This document shows positions 30,715-44,070 of a DNA stretch of 64,000 bases, piece by piece. The notes under the pieces were generated by a model. It had not been told where the DNA came from. It saw only the letters and a program-made list of their open reading frames with translations, and did not search any database. How positions within the stretch are numbered: the stretch's first letter is position 1; each line of letters begins with the position of its first letter. This DNA comes from Octopus sinensis (taxonomy: Eukaryota): NCBI RefSeq assembly GCF_006345805.1, contig NC_042998.1, forward strand, positions 135,284,001 through 135,348,000. Reading direction: 5' to 3'. Made by a program: the position numbers and the translations under genes.

Positions 30715-31610
30715 GTATCATCATCATCATCGTCATCATCGTTTAATGTCCACTTTCCATGCTGACATGGGTTGGCCGGGTTGACAGAGGACTGGTGAGC
30801 CAGAGGCTGCGCAAAGGTCCATCTGGTCTGACAAAGTTTCTACAGCTGCATGCCCTTCCTAATGCCAACCACTCCGAGAGTGTAGTGAGTGCTTTTTACA
30901 TGCCACCAGCACGAGGGCCAGTCAGGCGGTTCTGGCAATGACCATGCTCACACTCAAAAGGTGTTTTTACATGCTACCTGCATGGGAGCCAGTCCGCCAT
31001 GGCTGTTCACACACATGCGTCATACAGTCTACTGTTTACTCTGAGCGAGAGGCCCTTTGTCACCAGCAGAAGTAGGAGCTCTCTGAACTTTGCCCAGGCT
31101 ATTCTTATTCTAGCAGCTACACTTTCAGAGCATCCACTCCTGCTTTTGACTTGGTCCCCTAGGTAATGGAAGCTATCAACTACTTCTAGTTTTTCTCCCT
31201 GGAATGTGACAGAAGCTGTTCTCTGCACATTTTCTGTGTTTATAGCACCTGAGCATTTACCACATACAAAAACTATCTTCCCAGTTAGCCCCCCCTTTGA
31301 TATTGCTGCACCTCTTATGTGTCCATAGCTTACACTGGGTACATCTTATGGTGTTTCTACCTACGCCTTTTCTACAGATTGAGCAGGGCCATCTACCAGA
31401 AGGGATTTGTGGTTTGTCTGCCTTCCTACTTATTAAGACTTTGATTTTAACTAGGTTGACTCTAAGGCCCTTTGATTCTATTCTTTGCTTCCACACCTGA
31501 AACTTTTCTTCTAGTTCTGATAGTGACTCAGCAATTAGAGCAAGGTCATCAGCATAGATGAGCTCCCAGGGGCATCCTGTATTGAATTCCTCTTTATTGC
31601 CTAGAGGACT
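30715..31610 (-). mobile_element. RTE-clade LINE fragment including the RT catalytic motif (PWELIYADDL) and a 3' UTR ending in (TGA)n
   Basis: Minus-strand translation near 31540-31570 gives YADD; ORFs 31007-31228 and 31257-31496. Confidence 0.87.
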
Positions 31611-31646
31611 ATGATGGTATATGTATGTGTGTATGTGTATATATAT

Positions 31647-31711
<65 letters not shown>

Positions 31712-31790
31712 ATATATATATGTGTGTGTGTATGTATGTATATATATGTGTGTATATATACCTACATATATATATATATATATATATATA

Positions 31791-31833
<43 letters not shown>

Positions 31834-32080
31834 GAGACAAACGACTGAAATATCTGGTGCCTTACTGTACTCAATAAGACCTGTCCAGTTAATACTGGTG
31901 CTAGTGCCAATTAAAAGGCACCCAGTACACTCTGTGGAGTGGTTGGCATTAGGATGGACATCCAACCTTAGAAGCCATATCAGGACAGATAATGGACTCT
32001 AGTGTGAACCCCAGCCTTACCAGCTCCAGCCAAACTGTCCAACCCATGCCAGCATGGAAAACAGAGGTTAAATAACACAA

Positions 32081-32112
<32 letters not shown>

Positions 32113-32341
32113 ATTCTTTTATTCTTTTACTTGTTTCACTCATTTGGCTGCAGCCATGCTAGAGTACCACTTTGAAAGATTTTAGTCAAAGAATTCAACC
32201 CGAGGTCTAATTTCTTTTACTGAACTGCTAAGTTACAGGGATGTAAACACACTGACACCAGTTGTCAAGTGGTGGTGGTGGTGGTGGTGGGGGAACGAAC
32301 GTTGACACAAAGATACACTTAGATATATATATATGTGTGTG

Positions 32342-32377
<36 letters not shown>

Positions 32378-32378
32378 G

Positions 32379-32922
32379 CAATAATAATTCTCTAAATGAG
32401 ACATAGACAGTAACTGCTCCATAACATAAGGGACGTTAGCCATCTGAATGTGGCTAGGGACAGGGCAGGGCGGTGGGGGTGTTACTGATGCATTTAGCCC
32501 CAGGCGATCATCAACATCACCAGGAGGGCTGACGCCATCACGGCGTCCTCTAGCCTGCAAAGGGAGATCATTCCCCGAAGAAGCGGATGCCACATACGGA
32601 CCTAGGTTTCAAGGTATTTGCCTATTATCAACGCATGGCAGGCACCGCTCCTCGACGAACAACTCTCTGTGCAGGATATATATAAAGATTTTCACAGTAA
32701 ATACATTTACTGATGTAGAAAATCCGTTTGACAGCAATAATAATTCTCTAAACGAGACATAGACAGTAACTGCTCCATAACATAAGGGACGTTAGCCATC
32801 TGAATGTGGCTAGGGACAGGGCAGGGCGGTGGATGCATTGATAATAGGCAAATACCTTGAAACCTAGGTCCGTATGTGGCATCCGCTTCTTCGGGGAATG
32901 ATCTCCCTTTGCAGGCTAGAGG
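32379..32922. repeat. Local rearrangement: ~98-bp direct repeat (32379-32476 / 32734-32832) joined to a 90-bp inverted repeat (32547-32636 / 32833-32922)
   Basis: Both duplications are directly readable with about 1 mismatch each. Confidence 0.9.
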
Positions 32923-32928
32923 ATATTA

Positions 32929-33655
32929 ATATATTATTATTAATATCAGGAAATCAATATTAGAAAATTCTTCAGAAAGATATATACAAGTGTAAAATAA
33001 TTGTTGTATTAAAAATATAAATATATATAAATATATGTAAATATGTATAAGTATGAATATATAATAATGACATTTTAATTTATAATTCATAATTTCACAC
33101 ATAAAATTTCACATATAATTTTATTTTATATTATTTAAGTCTATGGACAATATTTGGAATACAGGACAATATAATGGATTTTATACATAATTATTATGGA
33201 TTACTACAAAAGACTTACCAAGGAAGAATATATGAATTTCAAGATTCTCATACTAAAGTGTACTTACCAAAATCAAAAGCAGTAATTTTTAATTTTATTT
33301 TATATTTCAAAAAAACACCATTTTCCTATATTAGTTCATATTTTTAAAAAGACTACCGTTCGATAAACTATACAAATTTCACATTTTATATCTCTGAAGA
33401 GCAGAAGAGTTGTCTATAAATGCTTATCAATATAGGATTCCATTATAGAGACAGCACTCTCTGCGAAATGATTGTTAAATACTTTAAAAACTTAATTCGA
33501 AACATTTAAAATGTCATTATTATATATTTATAATTATACATATTTACATATGTTTATATATATTTATATTTTTAATACAACAATTATTTTACACATGTAT
33601 ATATTTTTCTGAGGAATTTTCTAATATTGATTTCCTGATATTAATAATAATATAT
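32929..33655. repeat. AT-rich fold-back: ~150-bp inverted arms (32929-33078 / 33506-33655) around a ~430-bp spacer
   Basis: Arms are near-perfect reverse complements with a few substitutions. Confidence 0.85.
33389..33481 (+). ncRNA. Degenerate type-I hammerhead with long stem II (TATCT-CTGAAGA-GCAG...CTGC-GAAA-T(GATT)GTT^AAATA)
   Basis: Core boxes flank an extended helix (GCAG/CTGC, AGAGT/ACTCT, TGTCT/AGACA). Stem I pairs 4 of 5; stem III has U-G in place of C-G. Confidence 0.5.
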
Positions 33656-33699
33656 AATATAAGATATAATATATATATATATAATATACATATATATAC

Positions 33700-33741
<42 letters not shown>

Positions 33742-33758
33742 TTATACATATATATATA

Positions 33759-33812
<54 letters not shown>

Positions 33813-33813
<1 letters not shown>

Positions 33814-34193
33814 TAGCAGTATCGCCCGGCGTTGCTCAGGTTTGTAAGGGAAATAACTATAAAGCATTTTTAGAGAGTTATAGCCAAAAAATAGCAAAAA
33901 AATGGAAAAAAAATGATGGTAAATTTTTTTGAGAGTTAAAAAAGGTGGAGTTGCGTCCCCTAGACGGTCTGTGGTTTGGGTTTCTGATTCTCGACCCCAT
34001 GTCGAATTTATCGATTTTTTTCAGAACTGGGGGACTTTTCAAAATTTTCGCTGCGTTAGTTTTGAATTATGACATTGGGCTATGTGTGTGTCAAGTTTCA
34101 TCAGAATCGGTTGAAAGCCGTGGTCAGAGTCAGGGTACGAGAAAACAGACACACAGAAAACGCACAGACAAACTGCCGTTTAATAGAGAGAGA
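33813..34193 (-). mobile_element. Non-autonomous Helitron-like element inserted in (TA)n
   Basis: On the minus strand: A|TC 5' end, subterminal GC hairpin (..GCAACGCCGGG), CTAG|T 3' end. Confidence 0.75.
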
Positions 34194-34203
34194 TATATTA
34201 TAC

Positions 34204-34269
<66 letters not shown>

Positions 34270-34274
34270 CACAT

Positions 34275-34990
34275 CATCATCGTTTAACGTCTGTTGTCCA
34301 TGCTAGCATGGGTTGGACGGTCCGACCGGGGAAGCCAGAAGGCTGCACCAGGCTCCAGTCTGATCTGGCAGTGTTTCTACAGCTGGATGCCCTTCCTAAC
34401 GCCAACCACTCTGTGAGTGTAGTGGGTGCTTTTTACGTGCCACCTGCACAGGTGCCAGGCGAGGCTGGCAACAGCCACGATTGGATTAGTGCATTTTACG
34501 TTCCACCGGCACGGAAGCCAGTCAAGGTGGCGCTGGCATCGGCCATGATTCAAATAGGGCTTTTTACATGCCACCGGCATGGAGGCCAGTCTAGGTGGCG
34601 CTGGCATCGGCCACGTTCAGATGGTAATTTTTATGTGCCACCGGCACAGGGATCACAACTGCAGTTTCCATTGATTTTGATGTTGGTGTACGTGACTCAA
34701 TGGATCTCCTCAAGCACAGCCTCACCTGGCAACAGCCACAATCGGATTGGTGCATTTTACATGCCACCAGCACGGAAGGCAGTCAAGGCGGCGCTGGCAT
34801 CGCCCATGATTCGAATAGTGCTTTTTATGTGCCACCGGCACAGGGATCACAACTGCAGTTTCCATTGATTTTGATGTTAGTGTACGTGACTCAATGGATC
34901 TCCTCAAGCACAGGGTCGAAATGGTGTTTCTTCACTTGCCACCTGCACAGGAGTCAGTCCAGCGGTCCTGGCAACTGCCGGGTGCCAGTC
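34275..34990 (-). mobile_element. RTE-associated 3' UTR element with internal tandem repeats (TTTTACGTGCCACC units and an ~85-bp duplication)
   Basis: Shares CATCATCATCGTTTAACGTC...CTACAGCTGGATGCCCTTCC with 27000-27240, 30715-31000 and the inverted copy at 31900-32110. Confidence 0.75.
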
Positions 34991-36529
34991 ATAGGATTGG
35001 TTCAATTTCGATTCCATATACATATACATACATATATGTATATATATGATGGGCTTCTTTCAGTTTCTGTCTACCAAATCCACTTACAAAGTTTTGGTTG
35101 ACCCAAGGCTGCAGTAAAAGACACTTGTGAAGGTACAACACAGTGAGACTAAACCCAGAACCATGTGATTGGTAAGCAAGCTTCCTACCATACAGCCTCA
35201 CCTATATATATCATCAACTACACTGATATTCCTCAAATTCATTATTTTCTCTTTTACTCATTTCACACATCAACACCATAAATCAACAGTCATTATCAAA
35301 ACAACCAATCAACAGATAATCTGGTCACTTAATTTCTAAGATATATGTATGTGTGTATGGAAGGGGTAGTTTTTGAGATAAACAATAATTATGATTTTGT
35401 ACCTTTCTCAATAGCATCAAAATCATAAATGATATCAAAGATTCAGTTAATTGAAAGTTTATCATTTTCATAGAATACATTTTTTATTAAGACCTCAGGC
35501 AAAGAGAAATTGTGTATTGTAAGGTTTTGGTTGATGCTAAAAAATGTTTGAAAATAGTTGCAATCAGGAATTGAAACTGGATTGCATACTTAATTCATTA
35601 GCTGCTCACCAAAAGATAATTTATTTGGATATCTATTTTGACATTAGCTGCAGTAGTAGTGTTAGATTTCTTCAGCATTTCTGTAATTTATTAAAATATA
35701 TTTATCAAGGTCATGTAACTGACTCATGTGACAGTAACAACCAAAACATAGACTTGTGCGAAAGACGCAAATAAAATTAGCACACATACATAAACACGCA
35801 TGTAGCACCACCACTACCACCTCCACCATAAATATATGTATATATTGTGTATATTATATTCACAAACAAACAACTCACTTGAAATATTAGGAAGTCACTA
35901 GTTCCGTGTATAAAACAATTCCTTAAATGGCAAAAAGACAGACTGTAAACCACACTGCTGTGTCAATCTCTTCAAGCAAGGATTGGTTTGTGTACATGAA
36001 TTTAAATGTTTATAATTTTAGAAATTAAATGGAGGGTGAATTTAAGCTAAATATTTTAACTTCTTACTTATAGTTTGGTATAGAGAAAGAGCTGTAGTAA
36101 CAGCAGTGGTAGACTAACAACCTTTTTTTTTGTTTTCACTATTTCTAGCTAAATCAGTTTTGTTCTATGAAATGGATGTATGTGAAAGTGAAACCTAGCA
36201 TGGTCAGCACTTATGATATTTTGGACCCCCTACAGTAGAGGTTAGTTCCTCATCTAGTGTGTGTGCATACCATGTAGTTACATGATAGCATTTAGGGTGT
36301 GACAAAGCAGTAAAATACATACATTACTCATGTATAAGATGCACTCTGAATTTAATCTTGGTACAAAATTTTTTCCCTTCATATTCAAACTTGCCCTGTG
36401 TCTGAGTCATATCCCAGTTTTTTTTCAGTTAAAATAATGCACAAAATAGTGTGACTTATACACAAGTAAATATGGTATCCTTATTAAAATTGCTTCTTAA
36501 ATTAAAATCATTGACTAACTTTTGTTTAA

Positions 36530-36915
36530 GTGAGGCCCACTATGGCATACTGCTCCCATATCTGGGACAGTGTTGTTGCTAAACACAAGCATTCTGGGTC
36601 TCATTTATAGAGAGGCTACTTGACTTTCAGTCATACTCCAGCTTCTTGTCTACAGCCTTGCTGGTCTCTATGTCTGTCTTTTCTATCACCACTATAATGG
36701 CCTCTGCTTCTCTGAGCTGATTGAACTTGTATCTCCACTCAACCCATTCATCTTTACACCTTTTGTCACCCTTGTTACCTTCCCCTCACCAGCTCCATAC
36801 AAACCATTATGCTCAGTCCTTCACCCACAAAACATTGTCTCTTTGGAATCTTTTCCATGCTCATATCTTTACTGTAGATGTTAATTTGCACTGGTTTAAA
36901 TAAAACATTAACAAC
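36530..36915 (+). mobile_element. Decayed CR1/L2-group LINE 3' fragment
   Basis: RPTMAYCSHIWD..., LFYHHYNGLCFSELIELV and TNHYAQSFTHKTLSLWNL resemble RT C-terminal motifs. Confidence 0.55.
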
Positions 36916-37376
36916 ATCAGTCTCATCAGTTTTGGAGAGCCTACAAAGATCACGTGTACTTCCCTTCCTCCAAACTCAGCAAAAGCACAAAACAAAAACA
37001 ACTAAGCACACCAAGAACTTTATTACTCTACATATGTAGATTTAACCCTTTAAATATTCTGACTGAAAACTGTGTGCTCATTCCATTTGCAACAACATAC
37101 ATGTATAAATCTGGATTCAGTTCTCTTTTCAATCATGACACATAGACTTACAAAATTGCAATCAGTAAGAAAGTTCTATATTTTGATAAAGTCATGTATG
37201 AGAAACAGAAACCAAAAAAATCATTAAATTTTGTTCTCAATTGTGACTGATGTCACTGGTTATTTTTTTGTCGCTTGTTGTTCAATTTACAGTTGTATGG
37301 CCTAAGTCAAAATTTAAATTTTTGAGTTCAGTTTGTTCATCAACAGTATTATATACAGTTATATTTAAGAAAATGT

Positions 37377-37686
37377 GGAGGTGCAATGGCCCAGTGGTTA
37401 GGGCAACGGACCTGCGGTCGTAGGATCGCGGTTTCAATTCCCAGACCAGGTGCTGTGAGTGTTTATTGAGCGAAAACACCTAAAGCTCCATGAGGCTCCA
37501 GCAGGGGGTGGTGGTGATCCTTGCTGTATTCTTTCACCACAACTTTCTCTCAATCTTTCTTCTGTTGGCCTGCTCACTTATCCAGCAGGGTGGCATCATT
37601 TAAAGGCTAAAACAATGCGAAGCGCATTGTGACCAGCAATGTGTAGCAACATCTGATGGCTTGGTCGGTCATGTGATCACATGATA
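37377..37686 (+). mobile_element. tRNA-derived SINE, family A (partly CpG-decayed)
   Basis: Same head and body as 505-860. Confidence 0.85.
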
Positions 37687-38123
37687 TTTAAGAAAATAAA
37701 TTACTTATTAATTAGGAAATTGATTTTTCATTATCTTATACATTATTACTTTTGTAGGGAGTTAAGAAAATTAATGAAATATTTTCAAAATGTACAGGAC
37801 ACAGAAAAGTTTGGGAAAACCAGCATCAAAGAGAAGGCTGATCTCTAACAGATTGAAGACATTTCCTAAATACACCAGATGAAAGGAAAATTTTCTTGAG
37901 TGAAGTTCTACCATTTTGGGGGTTGAGACTTAATGCTCTGAGTGATAAGTTAAACATTCCATCCTATTTAGCACCACAACTTGAACCCTGAGTGCTTTTA
38001 GAGTTGTTCATTCAGTTGATGGTTAATTCTGTTAATAGCTAATTATTACTATTATCACTCAGTTGATAGCTAATTCTGTCTGTATGTCAGTCAGTCTGTC
38101 TGTTTGTCTGTCTATCTATCTGC

Positions 38124-38181
<58 letters not shown>

Positions 38182-38210
38182 GTCTGTCTGTCTGTCTGTC
38201 TGCCTGCCTG

Positions 38211-38290
<80 letters not shown>

Positions 38291-39594
38291 ATGTCTGTCT
38301 ATCTATCTCTCCCTCCCTCCAATCATGTATTTTTCCTGCAGGCATTGACATGTAGATAATCAAGCTAGCATCAACCACATTAAAGAGCCAGAGCCTGCAT
38401 TGGTCATGGGTTTTGGTCCTTTTCCTATGGCCAACTAATAAAGAAAACACTATGGGAACAAATGCATTTGCATACATGGTAAGTATGACATAGTCAATCA
38501 CACACACACGCACGTGCACACACATGCTGATGTTTAAATAAAGTTAAAATCTCCAGGTCTTTCAGTTACTCTAGAAACAATCTGGAGAAAGACATAGGCA
38601 TGTGGATAATAAGCACCTTCACAGGTACGTGGTCCAGGCTCAGTCCCATTAAGCTTGAGTGTACTTCTACTTGTGATTAAAGTTCAATAGGCAGAAACTG
38701 TGTGACAGTCTGTTTGTTGGGTGAACCATTCTTCTTCTCAGATGGTAGGCTTAATCCATTGCCCTTGGCTAACTTTAACCATTTAGTATTCAAACCAGCC
38801 ATATCCAGCCTAAATATTCTACCAGTTCTATGTTAAAACTGATCAGATCTGGCCTCTCACACCTGTCCTACAATGTCATTCTGAAAATAAGCATTCACAT
38901 CATGAAAATCTCTATGCTACAAGATAATGCATGATCAATTGAAAACAATGTGAATAAATAAGCATTACATTCGAAGGAGTAATCTGAATGCTAAAGAGTT
39001 AACAGTATTGCAAGTATTGGGGTGGGGGTCAGGTCTCCCATCTGGAGATGATGTACTGTCTTCTTACCATTAACCATACATAGCTTATAAAGGGTCATAA
39101 CTGCTCCCCTTCATCAGATAGGGGTGGGGGAAAGAAAATTTCAACTAAATTACAAAATAAATAAACAAGTAAAAACAAAGTTTTATTCCTTTTGAAACTT
39201 CATTTCCATCAGGTGAAATGATCTCTGATAGTCGTTCCTCATTTCCTGATTTATTAGTTTTACTGAGAGGCTGACATTTTTCATATTATCTAGATCACTT
39301 CAGAATATATTTTATCATAACACGTACAATAGACCAATCCTTGCTATGAGAGCTTCATGCCAAAGTGTGGATTGTAGTGTAGTTCAATTTTATATCCATT
39401 TAAGGAATTGTTTCAAACAAATGATGACTACCTAATATTTCAAGTGAGTTGTTTTCTGTTTGTGTTTCATATGCTTGTGTTGTTGTTGTCGATGTTGTTG
39501 TTCTTGTTTGTGTGTGGTTGTGTTTGTGTGTGTGTGTGTGTGTATGTGTGTGTGTGATGTGTGTGTGTGTGTGATGTGTGTGTGTGTGTGTGTG

Positions 39595-39634
<40 letters not shown>

Positions 39635-40240
39635 TGTGTGTGTGTGCTAGTTGTGATCAGTACACTATCCTAAGTTTATGTTTAAGTATTTTTATTTGGT
39701 CACCCTCATGTCATGTTTACGATACTGATGTTTTTAAAATTAAATTATAAAATTTTTAATTAAAATAAAATTTAATTTTGATAAAAACCTCATAGTAGAA
39801 TGGGTGAAATGCCTTGTGGAAATTAGTTGCATAACCTTTATATCCTGAATTGAAAAATCCTGCCTGGGTCATCTATGCTCCTTAATCTTTGGGGGTTGAT
39901 AAAATAAGTACTAACTGAGAGTTAGATTTGGTCTACCACTCTTCCCACTCGCCCTAAATTGTGTCTTAGTTATAAATTAATTATAGACATTTTAAATTTA
40001 TAAATTATTCCTGTACACTAAGCAAAAACTTCTATTGTGGTCATCTCTGCCCACTGTGCCTGAGTTTTGATGTACTCCAGTCAGTTGGCAATCCTTTGAC
40101 CCTGTATAAATTTCTATTGTAGGCATAGCTGTGTGGTTAAGAAACTTGCTTCCCAACCATGTAGTATCAGGTTCAGTCCCGCAGCTGACCAAAGTCTTTT
40201 GAGTGGATTTGGTAGAAAGAATCTGAAAGAAGCCCATCGC

Positions 40241-40272
<32 letters not shown>

Positions 40273-40365
40273 GGATAAGATCATTAATTTAAAAATAAAA
40301 TAACGATTTATATAAATAAGTGATAAAATCGTTATATATATATATATATATATAAAAAACATATA

Positions 40366-40405
<40 letters not shown>

Positions 40406-41099
40406 CATATATAGTGAAATTACAGAAAAACAAAAGATAAAGACAGGTGTTATGAACAACAAGCAGGTGTATTAGTTTGGTGCTTGGGAAAGTGAGAAAG
40501 TCTATTCCGTTTCAAGCCTATGCTCTTCAACAGAAAGGAATATGAGGAAATAAACTGAGAGAGATTTTTAAAAAATTACGGATTTAGGGATCAGTCATGG
40601 TGACTGATTATGTGTTGTGTGTGTGTGTGTGTGTGTGTGTGTGCACGCATTTGTGTGTGTGTGTATATATATGTATGTGTGTGTGTATATGTTATTGTGT
40701 TATATCTTTGGGTTTGTGGTTGTCCCCTACCACTTCATAACCAGTGTTCGTTTCTTTACATTCTCATAAGTTAGGGGTTGGCAAAAAGAGACTGACAGAA
40801 TAATTACCAGATTTAAAAACAGAAGTACTGGGGGCCAATTGATCACAATCTGAAACAAGTAAAAGATAAATATGATTTGTACCCACATACACACAGATGA
40901 TGTTTTGGACCAGTTGCACTCTATTGAACTGAATATAATAAATATTTTCTGTAGGCTAATGGTGAGATAAAACTGCAGTGATGAAGCTGACAGGCAGGAT
41001 ATGAACTCAGTCATTAATCATCAAAAATAATTGCTGCTCAGTATTTTACCATCTGAGCCACCCTTATAGACCTGATACCAACCCTTTCTACGTTAGGTA

Positions 41100-41525
41100 C
41101 AAGTCCTGAAATTTTGGAGAGTAAGTAGGAGGCTAGTCAACTCCTGTACTCAACTGAGACTTATTTCATTGATCTTGAAAGGATAAAAGGCAAAGTCAAG
41201 CTTGGCAAAATTTGAATTCAGAAAGCAAAGATATGAAATGCCATTAAGCATTTTGTCCAGTGCACTAATGATTCTATAAGCTTGCCACCTTAAAGACCTG
41301 AAAATAATTTTAGTTTCAAAGTTTGGTATAAGGTCAGCAAATTCAGGGAAGGGAGGAAGTCAATTACATTGACTCCAGTGTTGAACTGGTACTTATTTTA
41401 TTAACCCTGAAAGGATGAAAGACAAATTGACCTTGGCTGATTTTGAACTCAGAATATAAAGACAAATGAAATGTCACTCAGCATTTTGCCTGGTATACTA
41501 ACAATTCTGTTAGCTTACCACCTTA
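41100..41525 (-). mobile_element. Two inverted SINE family B copies, CpG-decayed
   Basis: Reverse complement of the core with CG changed to TG/CA. Confidence 0.75.
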
Positions 41526-42329
41526 CAGATCTGATATTAATATTACAATAGATAATATCTATGATAACAGTAATAATAATGGTTTCAAATTTTAGCACTA
41601 GGCCTGTAATTTTAGGAGGTGGGGTATTAGTTACATGGTTATATATTTTATAAGTTTGCATGTTTTCAAAATAACTAAGGTTTTTATATTATATATTTGA
41701 AAGGATTATTAAAGTTTGTTGATCAGTTATCATTTGGTGCATTCATGCAACCTCTTGCATGAAGCAAATCAATTCTATGTTTTGCCAGCTCAGTGTAGCA
41801 AGTGACTATGCTATTAAATAAATTATAAGAAATTTAAAGGAAACTTAAAGCCACAACCAATGTCAAAGTAAATATTCATATAAACAATCTGTGGGTTAAC
41901 ATCTAATGAACAAAGCCTGTGACCCTGTTTCAGTTCCCAGCTGGAGTTGTTTTTATTTCACTTATCCTCCTGACATAATTAGGAACAATACAAACTTACA
42001 ATATAGTATTTCTCTTCTTTTATAATTTATATTTAAATCAAGAGAAATCTATGGGTATTTTTCATTGGACAGACACGAAGGTGGTTAGCTCTTGGTTAAC
42101 TGGAATCTTTGGCTCTCACTTGTATCTCTTTCATTTCATTTATGCTACTCACATTATAGAGAAAGCCAAACTTGTTACCTCTGCACCCTTACTCATTTAG
42201 AGTTTTTGATAATGAAAGTCAATTTATTGTGTCAAAGTGTAAAATGAGTAAATGTTTATAAAAGAGATAAAAACAAAGGATGAATAGTGATTTGTACCTT
42301 AGTTTTAAAAAAATGACCAAAACGCTGAT

Positions 42330-42725
42330 TCAACTAATACCAGAATTTGAGTGGTACTTACTATTTGACCCAAAACAAATGAAAGACAAAGTCATCTTAG
42401 CATCATTTGAACTCAGATTGTAAAAGAATGCAACTAACAACCACAAAAAGTTTCGTCCAACATTTTACTGATTGTGCCAATTTACAACCTTTGAATAAAA
42501 TACATGGGGAAGGGTATAGACAGTTATAGGGCAGTGAGCTGGTAGAATTGCTAGCATGTCAGACAAAATGCATAGCAGCATTTCTTCTGGTTCTGTACAT
42601 TCTGAGTTCAAATCCTGCCAAGGTCAACTTTGCTTTTCATCCCTTCAGAGTTGATAAAGTAAAGTACTAAGCCAAGTACAGGGGTTGATGTTATTGACTT
42701 TGACTTCCCCTCAAAACTGTGGGCT
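42330..42725. mobile_element. Divergent pair of SINE family B copies (minus ~42330-42490, plus 42528-42725), CpG-decayed
   Basis: GGCAGTGAGCTGGTAGAATTGCTAGCATG...GAGTTCAAATCCTGCCAAGGTCAAC. Confidence 0.75.
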
Positions 42726-43146
42726 TTGAACCCTGCAATGAACTCAATCTCATTCAGGGAGAATGATGTGATCTTGGTCCCTTATACACCATAGAAACTG
42801 AGTAAACAAGCTTAAGAATTTTAAGACTCAAAAAATATAAAATCAGATAAAAAATATATATATATTCTTACTCCCCCGGTAACCTCACTCAAGAGACCCC
42901 TATTGTTTAAAACTGGAAAAATGTTTAACTTTCTGTAATAAACTTTTGAGTTTGTTTCTGTTTTGCTATTCCCCCACCACCAAACAAAAGCCAAACATTT
43001 CATTTACTATATTGGAGGCATAATTTAAATATAATATATGTGTGAGTGAGTGTGTATGCATGCTTATATACACACACACACACATGCACTCACACACTCA
43101 TTTATACATACATACATACATACATTCATACATACATTCTTATCTA

Positions 43147-43223
<77 letters not shown>

Positions 43224-43602
43224 TATAGCTATCTTGTATTGTACATATGGCATTTTGTTGTTATTCTCCAGGGAGAGGGAGTAAGTGGTGTTAAGTGTCT
43301 TAAATAACAATCAATATACAATGTGTGTGTATGTGGCCGGATATAAACACTGGCCAACGGATTTTAAGAGTTTCATAGTGGATAAGTGTTCTTCAATAGG
43401 AAGTTATGCTGATACAACTAATAAACCACCAATGCTTGTTCCATAGTTTCCATATAGCTTGTCTATCTCCATTTAAGGTAATACTTTGTGGTATTAAAAG
43501 CCATGGTCTACACATACACATACACATAGACACACATACACACACTCACACACACACATACACAAGTGCATGAACACATGTAGACACACACACACACACA
43601 AT

Positions 43603-43897
43603 TCCGGTATATATATAAGTATATGTATGTATGTATGTAGTATGTGTATGTATGTATGTACGCATGTATGTATGTTTTGTTTGTATGTATGTAGGTATGT
43701 ATGTATATGTATGTGTATATATATATATATGCCACACACACACTCACACAACGTTAAATAATATATATATATATATATGTAAAACATAGCATTACTTAGT
43801 GGTTCAGCAAGAGACTGATAAAATAAGTAGCAGACTTCAAGGTGGGTCCCTTCATGATTGCTGTCTAACAGATAAAAGAGATAATGTATAATATACA

Positions 43898-43985
<88 letters not shown>

Positions 43986-43996
43986 ATATATTATAT

Positions 43997-44035
<39 letters not shown>

Positions 44036-44039
44036 ATAT

Positions 44040-44070
<31 letters not shown>

